Virus record (IMG/VR): IMGVR_UViG_3300027902_000155
Location: 1 to 64,000 of that record
DNA: 64,000 nucleotides
Strand: one strand, 5' to 3'
From: a virus
The notes below the pieces were generated by a model that made no database searches, was not told the DNA's origin, and worked only from the letters and a program-made list of their open reading frames with translations. A program made the position numbers and the translations under genes. Below are positions 1 to 9,243 of the stretch, piece by piece; the stretch's first letter is position 1, and each line of letters opens with the position of its first letter.

Positions 1-2
1 AC

Positions 3-644
3 ACCGCCTGGCAGTTGATCAACCGCCGTAAGATAAGTCACACTCATGCGAGTTCTTGGTACCACACCGAGACGTTCTATGCGATGGTCAACGACGTCCG
101 ACCAGGAAAGTTCTCTGCCGACCTCGTAAAGAAGCACGACCATCCCAGGCTGATCATCCCGTTCTGGCACGAGCACAGACTCATCGCGTTCCAGGGCAGG
201 GACTACGACCGCGACGCGCGGGTGCGATACGTAACGACCGTCGTCGACGAGGACTATCCGCACATCTACGGACTGAACACGGTCGATCCAGAGAAGCTGG
301 TATATGTCTTCGAGGGACCCATCGACAGTACGTTCGTCCCCAACTCCATCGCGACCGCGGGAAGCGACATGCTGGGTTCGCTGGCGCGACTGCGCACGAC
401 CGTTCCGAAGTTCAAGTACACCGACTTCGTCATCTGCTACGACCAGGAGCCCCGGAACAAGGAGATAGTCAAGAAGATGCGACAGTGCATCACGACCGGC
501 TACAAGATCTGTATCTGGCCGCTGTGGCTCAAGGAAAAGGATATGAACGACGTGATACTCCTCGGGGGCAATGCCTCGTTCGTCACGGATCGAGTCTTTC
601 AGGGGATTCGTGCTGATTTGGAGATGGCACAGTGGACGAGGTAG
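3..644 (+). CDS. 61: DNA primase (T4 gp61-like), 5'-truncated by window edge
   Basis: RLIIPF..FQGR, IYGLNTVD, YVFEGPIDS (Toprim), YDQEPRNKEI and KDMND motifs typical of T4-like primases. Confidence 0.9.
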   Translation, partial: TAWQLINRRKISHTHASSWYHTETFYAMVNDVRPGKFSADLVKKHDHPRLIIPFWHEHRLIAFQGRDYDRDARVRYVTTVVDEDYPHIYGLNTVDPEKLVYVFEGPIDSTFVPNSIATAGSDMLGSLARLRTTVPKFKYTDFVICYDQEPRNKEIVKKMRQCITTGYKICIWPLWLKEKDMNDVILLGGNASFVTDRVFQGIRADLEMAQWTR

Positions 645-1198
645 AGAACATCTGCTACTCCGGCGGATCCAAGGGCGCCGACGTCACGTTCGGCGACTGC
701 GCTGCAGCCCGGGGCGACCGCGTCGTCCACTACTCGTTCGCGGGACACGACGTCTGTCCGCCAGAGCACAGGCGCATCCTCAGCGAGCTGGAACTCCACG
801 AGGCAGATCCACAGCTCAAGCGCGCTAACCGAATGCTGCGCCGGCGCTATCCAACCAGGGCGCCCTACGTCAACAACCTCCTCCGTCGCAACTGGTATCA
901 AGTCAGGAACACAGATCGCGTCTATGCCGTGTCCTACCTCGACGAGCGTGGACTGGTCAAGAGCGGAACTGGCTGGGCCGTCACGATGGCGGCGCTCAAC
1001 GGCGTCAAGGAGATTTACCTCTTCGACCAAGACGTCGGCGAGTGGTACTACCTCGTATCTGTAGATGAGCAGGACAGGTCGATGGTCTGGGAGATGCTAG
1101 AGGAGCCGCCGCCGAAGCCGCTCGGCCGCTACACGGGCATCGGCTCGCACGACATCACGTTCCGAGGCATAGAAAAGATAAGGGCCCTCTATGCCTGA
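632..1198 (+). CDS. SLOG-superfamily (YpsA/DprA-like) nucleotide-binding protein
   Basis: SGGSKGAD glycine loop, RRNWYQV and SGTGWAV motifs. Confidence 0.6.
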   Translation: MDEVENICYSGGSKGADVTFGDCAAARGDRVVHYSFAGHDVCPPEHRRILSELELHEADPQLKRANRMLRRRYPTRAPYVNNLLRRNWYQVRNTDRVYAVSYLDERGLVKSGTGWAVTMAALNGVKEIYLFDQDVGEWYYLVSVDEQDRSMVWEMLEEPPPKPLGRYTGIGSHDITFRGIEKIRALYA

Positions 1199-1388
1199 GG
1201 ACTATAAGACCTTCAAGCAGCGAGAGGACGAGTACTGGGACTCAATCTCCAACGAGGCCCAGCAGAAGGCACTGGAAGACGCAAACTTCTTGTGGCTCCG
1301 CGGCTACACGCAGGCCGTAGACGCCCTCTCACTTGCTAAGAAGATTGCGTATCAACGGACTGGCCAACCCCAAAAAGGGAATAAATAG
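1191..1388 (+). CDS. hypothetical protein
   Basis: 65-aa ORF overlapping the upstream stop, phage-like codon usage. Confidence 0.5.
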   Translation: MPEDYKTFKQREDEYWDSISNEAQQKALEDANFLWLRGYTQAVDALSLAKKIAYQRTGQPQKGNK

Positions 1389-1452
1389 GAAGCCGGTCGC
1401 GGGCTGGAACCCCACCGGCACTAACCTATTGGGAGGTCAGCATGTCTATTCA
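1381..1452 (+). promoter_or_regulatory. late promoter (ATAAATA) plus structured leader occluding the RBS of the HNH gene
   Basis: GCCGGT/ACCGGC stem (1392-1419) with inner GGG/CCC hairpin; CTAACCT/AGGTCAG hairpin overlapping GGAGG. Confidence 0.6.
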
Positions 1453-2020
1453 TCGCCGTATTTATGAGCAGCACTACGGACCCATCCCAAGGGAGCCGAA
1501 CGGGCGCTCTTACGAGATCCATCACATCAATGGTGATCACTCGGACAACCGTCCTGAGAATCTTATAGCACTCTCTATTCAAGAGCATTTTTACATTCAT
1601 TGGTTACAGGGTGACTGGTGGGCATGTCTCAGGATAGCAGCCAAAATGGAGAAATCTCCTGAGGAACTGTCTGAGTTAGCACGTCTAATCAATCGCACAC
1701 GAATCAAAAATGGAACTCATAACTGGTTGGATGGAGAGAAGCAACGTAAAAATCAGTTGAAACGAGTAGAAAAAGGAACACATCACTTCTTGGATAGAGA
1801 TGCTGCACGCAAGACCGCGCAAAGACGAGTTAGAGATGGCAGCCATCATCTTCTTGGGGGCGACATTCAACGCAGATCTAACAGAAAACGGCTTACTGAA
1901 GGTACTCATAACTTCCTAAGAAAATATATCTGCCCGCATTGTCAGAAAGAAGGACGTGGCCCAGGCATGCTTCGTTATCACTTCGATAACTGCAAAAAGA
2001 AGGCACAGCAAGCCGCATAA
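1442..2020 (+). CDS. HNH homing endonuclease
   Basis: YEIHHINGDHSDNRPENL HNH motif, repeated GTH(N/H)xL units, C-terminal CPHC..HFDNCK; AT-richer than flanks. Confidence 0.88.
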   Translation: MSIHRRIYEQHYGPIPREPNGRSYEIHHINGDHSDNRPENLIALSIQEHFYIHWLQGDWWACLRIAAKMEKSPEELSELARLINRTRIKNGTHNWLDGEKQRKNQLKRVEKGTHHFLDRDAARKTAQRRVRDGSHHLLGGDIQRRSNRKRLTEGTHNFLRKYICPHCQKEGRGPGMLRYHFDNCKKKAQQAA

Positions 2021-2042
2021 ATATACACAGCAGGAGGCTGCT

Positions 2043-2456
2043 GTGTGGCTGTACAAGGGGCAGAGTTTCGACCCAGATACTGTAGAAGACTACTTCGGAT
2101 TTGTCTATGAGATCAGGAACCTCATCGACGGACGAGTCTATCTCGGCAAGAAACTCTTCTCGAGGGCAAAGACCCTAGGCCCCAAGAAGGGCAAGAAGAA
2201 CAAGCGGCGCTCGCGGGTCGATTCAGACTGGCAGACCTACTACGGATCAAACAAAGAACTCCAGAAAGACGTCAAGCACTATGGCGAAGAGAACTTCGAG
2301 AGAGAGATCCTGTTCCTCTGTAAGACGCGAGGCGAGTGCAGTTATCTCGAGCTTCGCGAGCAGATGCTGCGAGACGTCCTTCGCAAGCCCGAGATCTACT
2401 ACAACGCCTACGTCGGCGCGCGCGTCTCTCGCTCCCACCTACCGGCGCCCTCATGA
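2043..2456 (+). CDS. GIY-YIG endonuclease (T4-like endonuclease II/DenA-type)
   Basis: GFVYEIRNL..YLGKK, YYGSN, FEREIL, YYN; GTG start after AGGAGG and late promoter CATAAATA at 2016. Confidence 0.75.
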   Translation: MWLYKGQSFDPDTVEDYFGFVYEIRNLIDGRVYLGKKLFSRAKTLGPKKGKKNKRRSRVDSDWQTYYGSNKELQKDVKHYGEENFEREILFLCKTRGECSYLELREQMLRDVLRKPEIYYNAYVGARVSRSHLPAPS

Positions 2457-2764
2457 AGAAACTGGGCCCGAAATACGAGAGAGCCGTCAAAGAAGACCTG
2501 TTGTCTAATCTCGGGTTCAACATCCACCTGCACCGCCACCTGCGAGACGTCCTCTCGATGAAGCAGGTGCGGACGATGACCCCCGAGAAGATCGTCGAGG
2601 CCCTGGACAAGATGTACCAGAAGTCCCTCGACGACGTCATCGACTCTATCATGGACTGCCTCGAGATGAGACTCGAGAAGAACGTCCTCAACGGTCTCCG
2701 GGAGTCTCAGTTGATAAAGCGCGGTTTCAGAGAACTGAAGGACGCCAGGGCGCCCCGCAGTTGA
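2453..2764 (+). CDS. hypothetical protein
   Basis: ATG overlapping upstream stop (ATGA); phage codon usage. Confidence 0.55.
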   Translation: MKKLGPKYERAVKEDLLSNLGFNIHLHRHLRDVLSMKQVRTMTPEKIVEALDKMYQKSLDDVIDSIMDCLEMRLEKNVLNGLRESQLIKRGFRELKDARAPRS

Positions 2765-2792
2765 CAAGATAGTCAGATCGTGATAAGATCTA
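2761..2792 (+). promoter_or_regulatory. early sigma70-type promoter
   Basis: TTGACA-17bp-TAAGAT with extended TG; TGATAAGATCTA motif recurs through the window. Confidence 0.8.
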
Positions 2793-2821
2793 TCCTGACT
2801 TAGATCCAACCGGAGACTACG

Positions 2822-3088
2822 ATGACCGTCACTACCTACGAAGACCTTCGCGCCGACCTGCGCACGGGAATACTTGAGATCCGCTTCATCAAGCAGGACG
2901 GGACCGTCCGTCTCATCCGAGCTACCCAGGACGCCAACATGGTGCCCCCGGCTCAGCACGCGCAGCTCCACGAGGCCCGGGTCAAGCCGATCGGCGACGC
3001 GATCACGGTCTGGGACTTCAACATGAAGGCCTGGAGGACGGTGCGCATCGACAGCATCCAGACGGTCCAGAGGTTGGACAACTTCTAA
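2822..3088 (+). CDS. WYL_2/DUF2693-like SH3 beta-barrel protein
   Basis: F.KQDGTVR...AT and VWDF..KAWRTVRID motifs. Confidence 0.7.
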   Translation: MTVTTYEDLRADLRTGILEIRFIKQDGTVRLIRATQDANMVPPAQHAQLHEARVKPIGDAITVWDFNMKAWRTVRIDSIQTVQRLDNF

Positions 3089-3168
3089 GAAAAAGTATCC
3101 GCAAAACCTGCATTTGGATTTTTGCGGATAAATAACTCTCCGAAACAACCGAACGAGGATTGCATGCG

Positions 3169-3534
3169 ATGGAAGAGAACTACTGGGGCAAGCATGTCCT
3201 GATTGACTGCGGCAACTGCAATAGAGATGCAGTCAAAAGCAAAGAGACTATTGAGGCCTTCCTCAAGGACCTCGTAGAAAAGATCGATATGAAGGCCTAT
3301 GGTCCTCCAATTCTCGAGCACTTTGCTACGCATGACCCCGCTAAAGGCGGTTATACGGCGTGTCAAATGATCGAGACCTCTCTAGTTGATGGGCACTTCG
3401 TGGATGCTACTGGTGATGCATATATATCAGTACATTCCTGTAAGGAGTTTGACATCGAGACCGTCAAGACCGTGATCGAAAACTTCTTCCATCCAGGAAC
3501 CATGAAGGTGAATGTTGTCTATCGAGCCGCTTAG
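3169..3534 (+). CDS. speD: S-adenosylmethionine decarboxylase proenzyme
   Basis: WGKHVLIDC N-terminus, GYTACQMIETS autocleavage region, YISVHSCKEFD; GAGGA RBS. Confidence 0.85.
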   Translation: MEENYWGKHVLIDCGNCNRDAVKSKETIEAFLKDLVEKIDMKAYGPPILEHFATHDPAKGGYTACQMIETSLVDGHFVDATGDAYISVHSCKEFDIETVKTVIENFFHPGTMKVNVVYRAA

Positions 3535-4060
3535 ACCATACACCGTTTATCTGATAACCAACGTAGTCAACAACAAGGGCTACGTTGGTTACACTGTAAA
3601 GACACCGGAACAACGGTGGAGTGAGCATGTTTATCTTGCTAAGACCCCAGTGAAACGACGGTTATCTCAGGCAATTAGAAAATATGGGCCAGAAAACTTC
3701 CGTATAAAATGGATAAGCACTGCACCTACTCTAGAGTTGGCTAAACTCTTCGAAGAACGCCTCATTCTTGTTCTTAATACCTTCGGCCAAGGATATAACA
3801 TGACCAAGGGCGGTGACGGCAGCGGTCCACATACCGAAGAATACAAGAGATACATGAGTGGTCTTATGAAGAAGCGAGTCTTTAGTAAGGAAACTCGAAA
3901 GAAAATGAGTGATAGTGCTAAGGGCAAACCCAAATCTGAAGAATTCAAACGCCAAGTCAGCGCTAAACAAAAGGCAGATCCAAACATCTCGGAGCGCAAT
4001 AGACGTTCTGCACTTCTTGGGCATGCAAGAAAAGCCGCACTAAAACTTCAACAAATCTGA
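3512..4060 (+). CDS. GIY-YIG homing endonuclease with NUMOD3 repeats
   Basis: VYLITN..NKGYVG, RWSEH, GYNMTKGGDG, SKETRKKMS; AT-rich. Confidence 0.88.
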   Translation: MLSIEPLRPYTVYLITNVVNNKGYVGYTVKTPEQRWSEHVYLAKTPVKRRLSQAIRKYGPENFRIKWISTAPTLELAKLFEERLILVLNTFGQGYNMTKGGDGSGPHTEEYKRYMSGLMKKRVFSKETRKKMSDSAKGKPKSEEFKRQVSAKQKADPNISERNRRSALLGHARKAALKLQQI

Positions 4061-4074
4061 AAGTCTTTTATATT

Positions 4075-4536
4075 ATGACTGATGATAAAGAGCCCCCCGA
4101 ACATAAATTTGGACGCGTCGGCCTCTGTGCCGGCGCGTTCGACCTACTTCATCCTGGTCATCTCGACCATCTGCGTCAGGCCAAGGGACGATGCGATTTT
4201 TTAGTCGTTGGACTCCACACGGACCCCATGATCGACCGTCCCTTCAAGAACAAGCCGATCCAGACTACCCACGAACGATATCTTCAACTCATAGCTTGTA
4301 AGTTCATCGATGGTATCGTGCCCTATGACACCGAACATGATCTCAAAAATATCATGTTAGTTCATGACATCGACATTCGTTTCGTGGGCGCCGATCACGC
4401 AGTCGACGATCTTCACTTCGAGTTCTGTGACCTCCACAACATCACCACGGTTTATCTTGAGCGTCTTCATGACTGGAGTACTTCAGAACTGCGTGAGCGG
4501 ATAATCTGGGCAGAGCACAACAGAGAGAAAGCATGA
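4075..4536 (+). CDS. glycerol-3-phosphate/sugar-phosphate cytidylyltransferase (TagD-like)
   Basis: GAFDLLHPGH (HxGH), LVVGL, VGAD, STSELR motifs. Confidence 0.85.
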   Translation: MTDDKEPPEHKFGRVGLCAGAFDLLHPGHLDHLRQAKGRCDFLVVGLHTDPMIDRPFKNKPIQTTHERYLQLIACKFIDGIVPYDTEHDLKNIMLVHDIDIRFVGADHAVDDLHFEFCDLHNITTVYLERLHDWSTSELRERIIWAEHNREKA

Positions 4537-4706
4537 TCTGGGAACGAATCAAAAAACTATTCAAACTAAAGCCGCCCGTGCCCACCGATGGCATGATCGC
4601 TAAGGAGCAGGGGTTTCAACTGTCCGACAACCCCTATCGGCAGCATACACCAGCCCACTCCATCTGGCGTGATGACTGGCTAGACATGGCCGGAAGGTTT
4701 AGATAA
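4533..4706 (+). CDS. small RMF/CrpP-fold-like protein (57 aa, not in ORF track)
   Basis: Manual translation gives GMIAKEQGFQLSDNPYRQHTPAHSIWRDDW, matching G-x2-A-x3-G-x5-[CN]PY-x8/9-W-x3-W; ATGA overlap with upstream gene. Confidence 0.5.
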   Translation: MIWERIKKLFKLKPPVPTDGMIAKEQGFQLSDNPYRQHTPAHSIWRDDWLDMAGRFR

Positions 4707-4714
4707 GAGGAACC

Positions 4715-5737
4715 ATGACAGCATTTGAAGAAAACGAAGTCTCCATCAATGCCAACGGCGGCACTGAGATAGCCAAGCGCAAGTTGGAGTCTATCCTCGA
4801 CACCGAGTTGCTCTCCCACTTCCAGATCGTCAATTCACGAGTTCGTGAACTGAACGAAAAGAAGATTAGAGTATATTGGGCCCACGACCTGCCGCACGAT
4901 CCCGAGTGTAAGTGGATGGCCGATCCGGACCAGCGCGGTCGGTTCCACAGGTCGGTCTTCATCTCTAACTGGCAGTACCAACAGTTCATGTCCGTCCTGG
5001 GCGTTCCGTACAGCCAGTGGTCTACCGTCCTCGAGTCTGCTATAGAGGCAAGCGTCGTCGACTTCGCTGCCAAACCGAGGGACGTCGTCAACCTGTACTA
5101 CGGCTCCACGCCCCAGCGCGGCCTTGACATCCTGGTTCCGGTGTTCGAGGAGCTCGACAAGCAGCTGTCAAGCCATCGGCTGCACCTGCACGTCCATTCC
5201 AGCTTCAAGATATACGGATGGGAGGAGCGCGACCGGGCGTTCGAGCCACTGTACGAACGAATCCGCGCGCACCCGAACATGACCTACCACGGGTTCACGC
5301 CCCACGCCGAGCTCAAGCAGCGCCTAAAGGACTACCACGTCTTGGCGTACCCCTGTGTCTGGCCAGAGACCAGTTGTCGGGTGATGCTCGAGGCGATGAG
5401 CGCCGGCATGGTAGTCGTCCACCCCAACTACGCGGCCCTGCCTGACACCTCGGGCAGCCTCAACTTCATGTACGCCGGCGACGCAGACCGACAGAAGCAC
5501 GCCGAAGAGTTCATGCGGGTCCTCGGCAGCACCGTCCTGCTGCTCGCAGACGAGAAGCGCCGGGACGCGATCAACAACCGACTGGCGTTCAACAAGAGCT
5601 ACGTCGACACCCGGTACGACCTGGGCACGATCAAGCTGAGGTGGGAGAAGATGCTGCACGAGCTGCTCCTCCGGTATCCCACCGAGGAGTCGCGGAGGGT
5701 CGCGGGACCGATGTTCACAGTCAGGACCGGCGCGTGA
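4715..5737 (+). CDS. glycosyltransferase (GT-B, GT4-like)
   Basis: GGTE, HDLP, STPQRGL, YP..WPETSC..LEAMSAG..ALPDT. Confidence 0.85.
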   Translation: MTAFEENEVSINANGGTEIAKRKLESILDTELLSHFQIVNSRVRELNEKKIRVYWAHDLPHDPECKWMADPDQRGRFHRSVFISNWQYQQFMSVLGVPYSQWSTVLESAIEASVVDFAAKPRDVVNLYYGSTPQRGLDILVPVFEELDKQLSSHRLHLHVHSSFKIYGWEERDRAFEPLYERIRAHPNMTYHGFTPHAELKQRLKDYHVLAYPCVWPETSCRVMLEAMSAGMVVVHPNYAALPDTSGSLNFMYAGDADRQKHAEEFMRVLGSTVLLLADEKRRDAINNRLAFNKSYVDTRYDLGTIKLRWEKMLHELLLRYPTEESRRVAGPMFTVRTGA

Positions 5738-6732
5738 TAACCAGCAAGACGCCCCTCCGCATATCCTTCTTCTCGGGCGGCTCTGACATCGAGTCGTTCT
5801 ACAAGCACGAGCACGGCGCTGCCCTCTCCTGCACGATCGACAAGTACATCTACGTATCGGTGAACCATACGCCCCACACCGGCATACGGACGATGCACGA
5901 CACCGTCGACGACGCCAACCACGTCGACCAGCTCCAGAACAAGATCATCCGGGAGTCCCTGCGACTGCTCGGCCTCGGGAGCGAGATAACGATCTCGTCT
6001 ATCGCCGACGTCCGGCCGTACGGCGCCGGCCTGGGCTCCTCCTCTGCGTTCACGGTCGGCCTGCTCAACGCGCTTACCCTCGGCGTCGGCGAGACAGACA
6101 TGGACGCCTTTAGACTTGCCGAGATGGCCTGCGACGTCGAGATCAACAGGTGCGGCTATCCTATAGGACGACAAGACCAGTACGCGGCAGCGATCGGCGG
6201 TGCCAACCTCTTCGCGTTCCAGCCCGAGGGCGAGTATGCCTTCGTAGAAGTGCTCAGCAGCCCGGCCCTGACTGCTGCGATGTCTGACATCGAGGACAAG
6301 CTGATCTTGGTATACAGCGGCCGGTCGCGATCCGCGAACGACATCCTCCAGCGACAGAGCGAAGAGATCGCGCGCGATCCGGCAAAGATGATGCTCGTCC
6401 GCAAGAACAGGGACCGCGCCTACAAAGCGAAGCAGTTCCTTGAGTCTGGCCAGTACGACTGGTTCGGAGAGCTGCTGCACGAGGCGTGGGAGGACAAGAA
6501 GAACATCGTCTCGGGAATGACCGACGACTACCTCGATCGCATCTACCGCGACGCGCGGGAGGCGGGCGCGATCGGCGGCAAGCTCCTGGGCGCCGGCGGC
6601 GGTGGCTTCTTCTTGTTCTATGCACCGCCGGAGAAGCGCAGGGACGTGCTCGACGCAGTCGTTGGACAGCATCCCTGCCTGCCGTACGACTTCAAATTTA
6701 CTCAGGAGGGCAGCTTCGCCCAAGAGGTCTAG
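5734..6732 (+). CDS. hddA: GHMP kinase, D-glycero-alpha-D-manno-heptose-7-phosphate kinase-like
   Basis: TPLRISFFSGGSD, GAGLGSSS, IGRQDQYAAAIGG, GGKLLGAGGGGF; GTG start overlapping upstream stop. Confidence 0.8.
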   Translation: MITSKTPLRISFFSGGSDIESFYKHEHGAALSCTIDKYIYVSVNHTPHTGIRTMHDTVDDANHVDQLQNKIIRESLRLLGLGSEITISSIADVRPYGAGLGSSSAFTVGLLNALTLGVGETDMDAFRLAEMACDVEINRCGYPIGRQDQYAAAIGGANLFAFQPEGEYAFVEVLSSPALTAAMSDIEDKLILVYSGRSRSANDILQRQSEEIARDPAKMMLVRKNRDRAYKAKQFLESGQYDWFGELLHEAWEDKKNIVSGMTDDYLDRIYRDAREAGAIGGKLLGAGGGGFFLFYAPPEKRRDVLDAVVGQHPCLPYDFKFTQEGSFAQEV

Positions 6733-6733
6733 G

Positions 6734-6762
6734 TTGACAAGCATTCCATCTTATGATAAGAT
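6734..6762 (+). promoter_or_regulatory. early promoter
   Basis: TTGACA-17-TAAGAT, ATG 6 nt downstream. Confidence 0.75.
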
Positions 6763-6768
6763 AGCTAC

Positions 6769-7212
6769 ATGATAGAAAAGACTAACGTCATCCTCTTTCC
6801 TAGGATAAATAAGAGGATGACAGAGCCAAGCAGCAACGTGATCCAGTTCCCGGGTACGTACTCTCGTCCCAACACGATGAAGGACGTCACCGACAGCGTC
6901 GAGAAGATCAGACAGGTCCACTCCGACCTGGTCATGCGCGACGTAGTTCCGTACCTGCTCATCCACCTCGAAGCTGCCGACGTCTTCAATCCCAACGATC
7001 CGACCGGCATAGAGGCAGACGCAAAGCACTCGGCGTTCATGATCGAGGCGGTCCGCTCCTACGTCTTGAAGAAGAACGGACTGAAGCACGCCCTGCAGCC
7101 GCTCGCCGAGATGATGTTCAGGACCGACGACGAGGGCACGATGTACTTTACCGACAAGGTCAAGGTTACTCAAGTTCCTATGACTGCAAACGCGGAGCCG
7201 AAGGCGACCTGA
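6769..7212 (+). CDS. hypothetical protein
   Basis: ORF after promoter; duplicated NVI(L/Q)FP N-terminal motif. Confidence 0.6.
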   Translation: MIEKTNVILFPRINKRMTEPSSNVIQFPGTYSRPNTMKDVTDSVEKIRQVHSDLVMRDVVPYLLIHLEAADVFNPNDPTGIEADAKHSAFMIEAVRSYVLKKNGLKHALQPLAEMMFRTDDEGTMYFTDKVKVTQVPMTANAEPKAT

Positions 7213-7228
7213 TCGTCCTCGCTACATC

Positions 7229-8077
7229 ATGCTAATCATCGACCTACAGCAGATCGCTATCGCGAACCTCATGGCTCAGCTTGGCCAGCACACGAACGCC
7301 CAGCTGCAGCCCGACATGCTCCGGCACCTTATCCTCAACTCCCTGCGGTCCATCCGCAAGAAGTTCGGGGGCGAGTACGGCGAGATGGTCGTCGCTACCG
7401 ACAACCGCCACTCATGGCGGAAGGACATATTTCCCCAGTACAAGGCCTCGCGCAAGTCTGGAAGGGCCAAGTCCGAGATGGACTGGGGCATGATATTCGA
7501 CACCCTGGCCCAGCTGCGCGAGGAGCTGCGAGACAACTTCCCGTACCGGGTCATCCACGTCGACGGCTGCGAGGCGGACGACGTCATCGGTACCCTCTGC
7601 GAGCAGTTCGGCAACGAGAGCGACATGGCCTTCGGAGAGAGCATCTTGATCGTCTCTGGCGACAAGGACTTCAGGCAGCTGCAGAAATACGGCAACGTCT
7701 CTCAGTATGACCCGACGCGCAAGAAGTGGATAACCGAGAGCGACCCCCGCGGGTACCTGCGGGAACACGTCATGCGAGGAGACGTCGGCGACGGCGTACC
7801 CAATGTACTGTCAGACGACGACACGTTCGTTAACCCCGAGAAGCGTCAGACGCCCTTGACGGCCAAGAAGCTCAAGCAACTTCTAGACTCTACCTTGATG
7901 GACCGCAACGTAGAGCGCAACCGGACTATGATCGACCTGAGCTACACGCCACAGCGCCTAAAGGACGAGGTCATAGACCAGTACGAGGCGCAGGCCGGCA
8001 AGGGACGCGACAAGATCTTCCCATACTTTATGAAGCACCGTCTGAAGAACTTAACCGAACTACTCGGAGACTTTTAA
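7229..8077 (+). CDS. rnh: RNase H / 5'-3' exonuclease (T4 rnh)
   Basis: IIDLQQI, WRKDIFPQYKASR, EADDVIG, SGDKDFRQL, GDVGDGVPN. Confidence 0.93.
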   Translation: MLIIDLQQIAIANLMAQLGQHTNAQLQPDMLRHLILNSLRSIRKKFGGEYGEMVVATDNRHSWRKDIFPQYKASRKSGRAKSEMDWGMIFDTLAQLREELRDNFPYRVIHVDGCEADDVIGTLCEQFGNESDMAFGESILIVSGDKDFRQLQKYGNVSQYDPTRKKWITESDPRGYLREHVMRGDVGDGVPNVLSDDDTFVNPEKRQTPLTAKKLKQLLDSTLMDRNVERNRTMIDLSYTPQRLKDEVIDQYEAQAGKGRDKIFPYFMKHRLKNLTELLGDF

Positions 8078-8559
8078 TGAAGCGAGGAATAGCTGAGGCC
8101 CTCGGCCAGATAGCTGCGGAGCCAGACAAGAGCGAGCGGATCACGGCCCTGCGTGTTGCGGCACAGCCGCAGCAGTGCGGAGTGACCCTCCTGAACGTGC
8201 TGAAGGCGGCGTTCGATCCCGCCGTCGTGTGGGACCTGCCCAAGGGCTCTCCCCCGTTCAAGAAGAACCCCTTCGACGACCAGGAGGGCATGCTGTACTC
8301 CGAGTGGCGACGCATGTACCTCTTCATCAAGGGGGCGAACCCCGTCAAGCTCAAGCCGCTGCGCCAGGAGCAGCTGTTCGTTCAGTTACTCGAGGCCCTG
8401 ACTCCCGCAGACGCCGAGCTCATGCTCGCGGTCAAGGAGAAGAAGCTACCGTACAAGAACATTACCAAGGCTCTCGTGCTGGAGGCCTTCCCGGGCCTGT
8501 GGACCGAGAAACAGAAGGAAGCGAAGAAGAAAGATGTCGAAGTCACGGCACAGGCGTAA
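8077..8559 (+). CDS. conserved T4-like hypothetical protein (DUF6433-like)
   Basis: FDPAVVWDLPKG..P, LYSEWRRMYLF, EQLFVQLLEAL, V.EAFP; usual position after rnh. Confidence 0.7.
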   Translation: MKRGIAEALGQIAAEPDKSERITALRVAAQPQQCGVTLLNVLKAAFDPAVVWDLPKGSPPFKKNPFDDQEGMLYSEWRRMYLFIKGANPVKLKPLRQEQLFVQLLEALTPADAELMLAVKEKKLPYKNITKALVLEAFPGLWTEKQKEAKKKDVEVTAQA

Positions 8560-8837
8560 GGACGACCTCTGGGAAGAAGAGGACTTTGAGTACAGGATAC
8601 GACGCGAGCAAGAACTGAGGGACAAGCGCCGCAAGCGCGAGGTCACCGAGCCGGCTGAGGAGGACTTTCAGGTCGGCCCGCCTAGGATAAGACGATGAGT
8701 CGCCGGATTGACTGGGAGCGAGTCAGACACGACACGAAACCCAAGTTATCTATCAAGGACGAAAAGGAGAGGATGGCAAACAACTATACCTCTCGATGGC
8801 TACAGCGCGCTGAAGAGCGAGAAGCAAAGAAGCAGAA

Positions 8838-9065
8838 ATGACTAAGTTTACGTTCTATAACAAGAAGACCGAGGAGTACGAGGTCTTCGATGGCAGCATC
8901 GCTGAGGCCGAGGCACACGAGAAGAAGAACCCCCACCTCAACTGGATGGCCGGGACGCCGCTCATTCACTCGGGTCGGGGAATGGGTCGCATCGACCAGG
9001 GCTTCAAGGAGGTGCTGCAGAAGGTAAAGCAGGCGCATCCGCTGGGGACCGTCAACACGCGATGA
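8838..9065 (+). CDS. conserved T4-like small protein (FmdB-like, lacking cysteines)
   Basis: TFYNKKTEE..NPHL..GFKEVLQKVKQAHP pattern. Confidence 0.5.
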   Translation: MTKFTFYNKKTEEYEVFDGSIAEAEAHEKKNPHLNWMAGTPLIHSGRGMGRIDQGFKEVLQKVKQAHPLGTVNTR

Positions 9066-9243
9066 CCTCCCTATACAGGGTACTCGCGCCGCACTTCGTG
9101 GCTGGCCTGGTGCTCGATGAAGACGGCGTCGTAGTTCGCGCCGGTCCGATCATAAAGTACATGCGAGAGCAGCGTTGAACGCTTCGCGAAGTCGAAGACT
9201 ACTGTAAGCGAAAGTGCTGGCAAATCGAGGACGTGAGTGTGAT

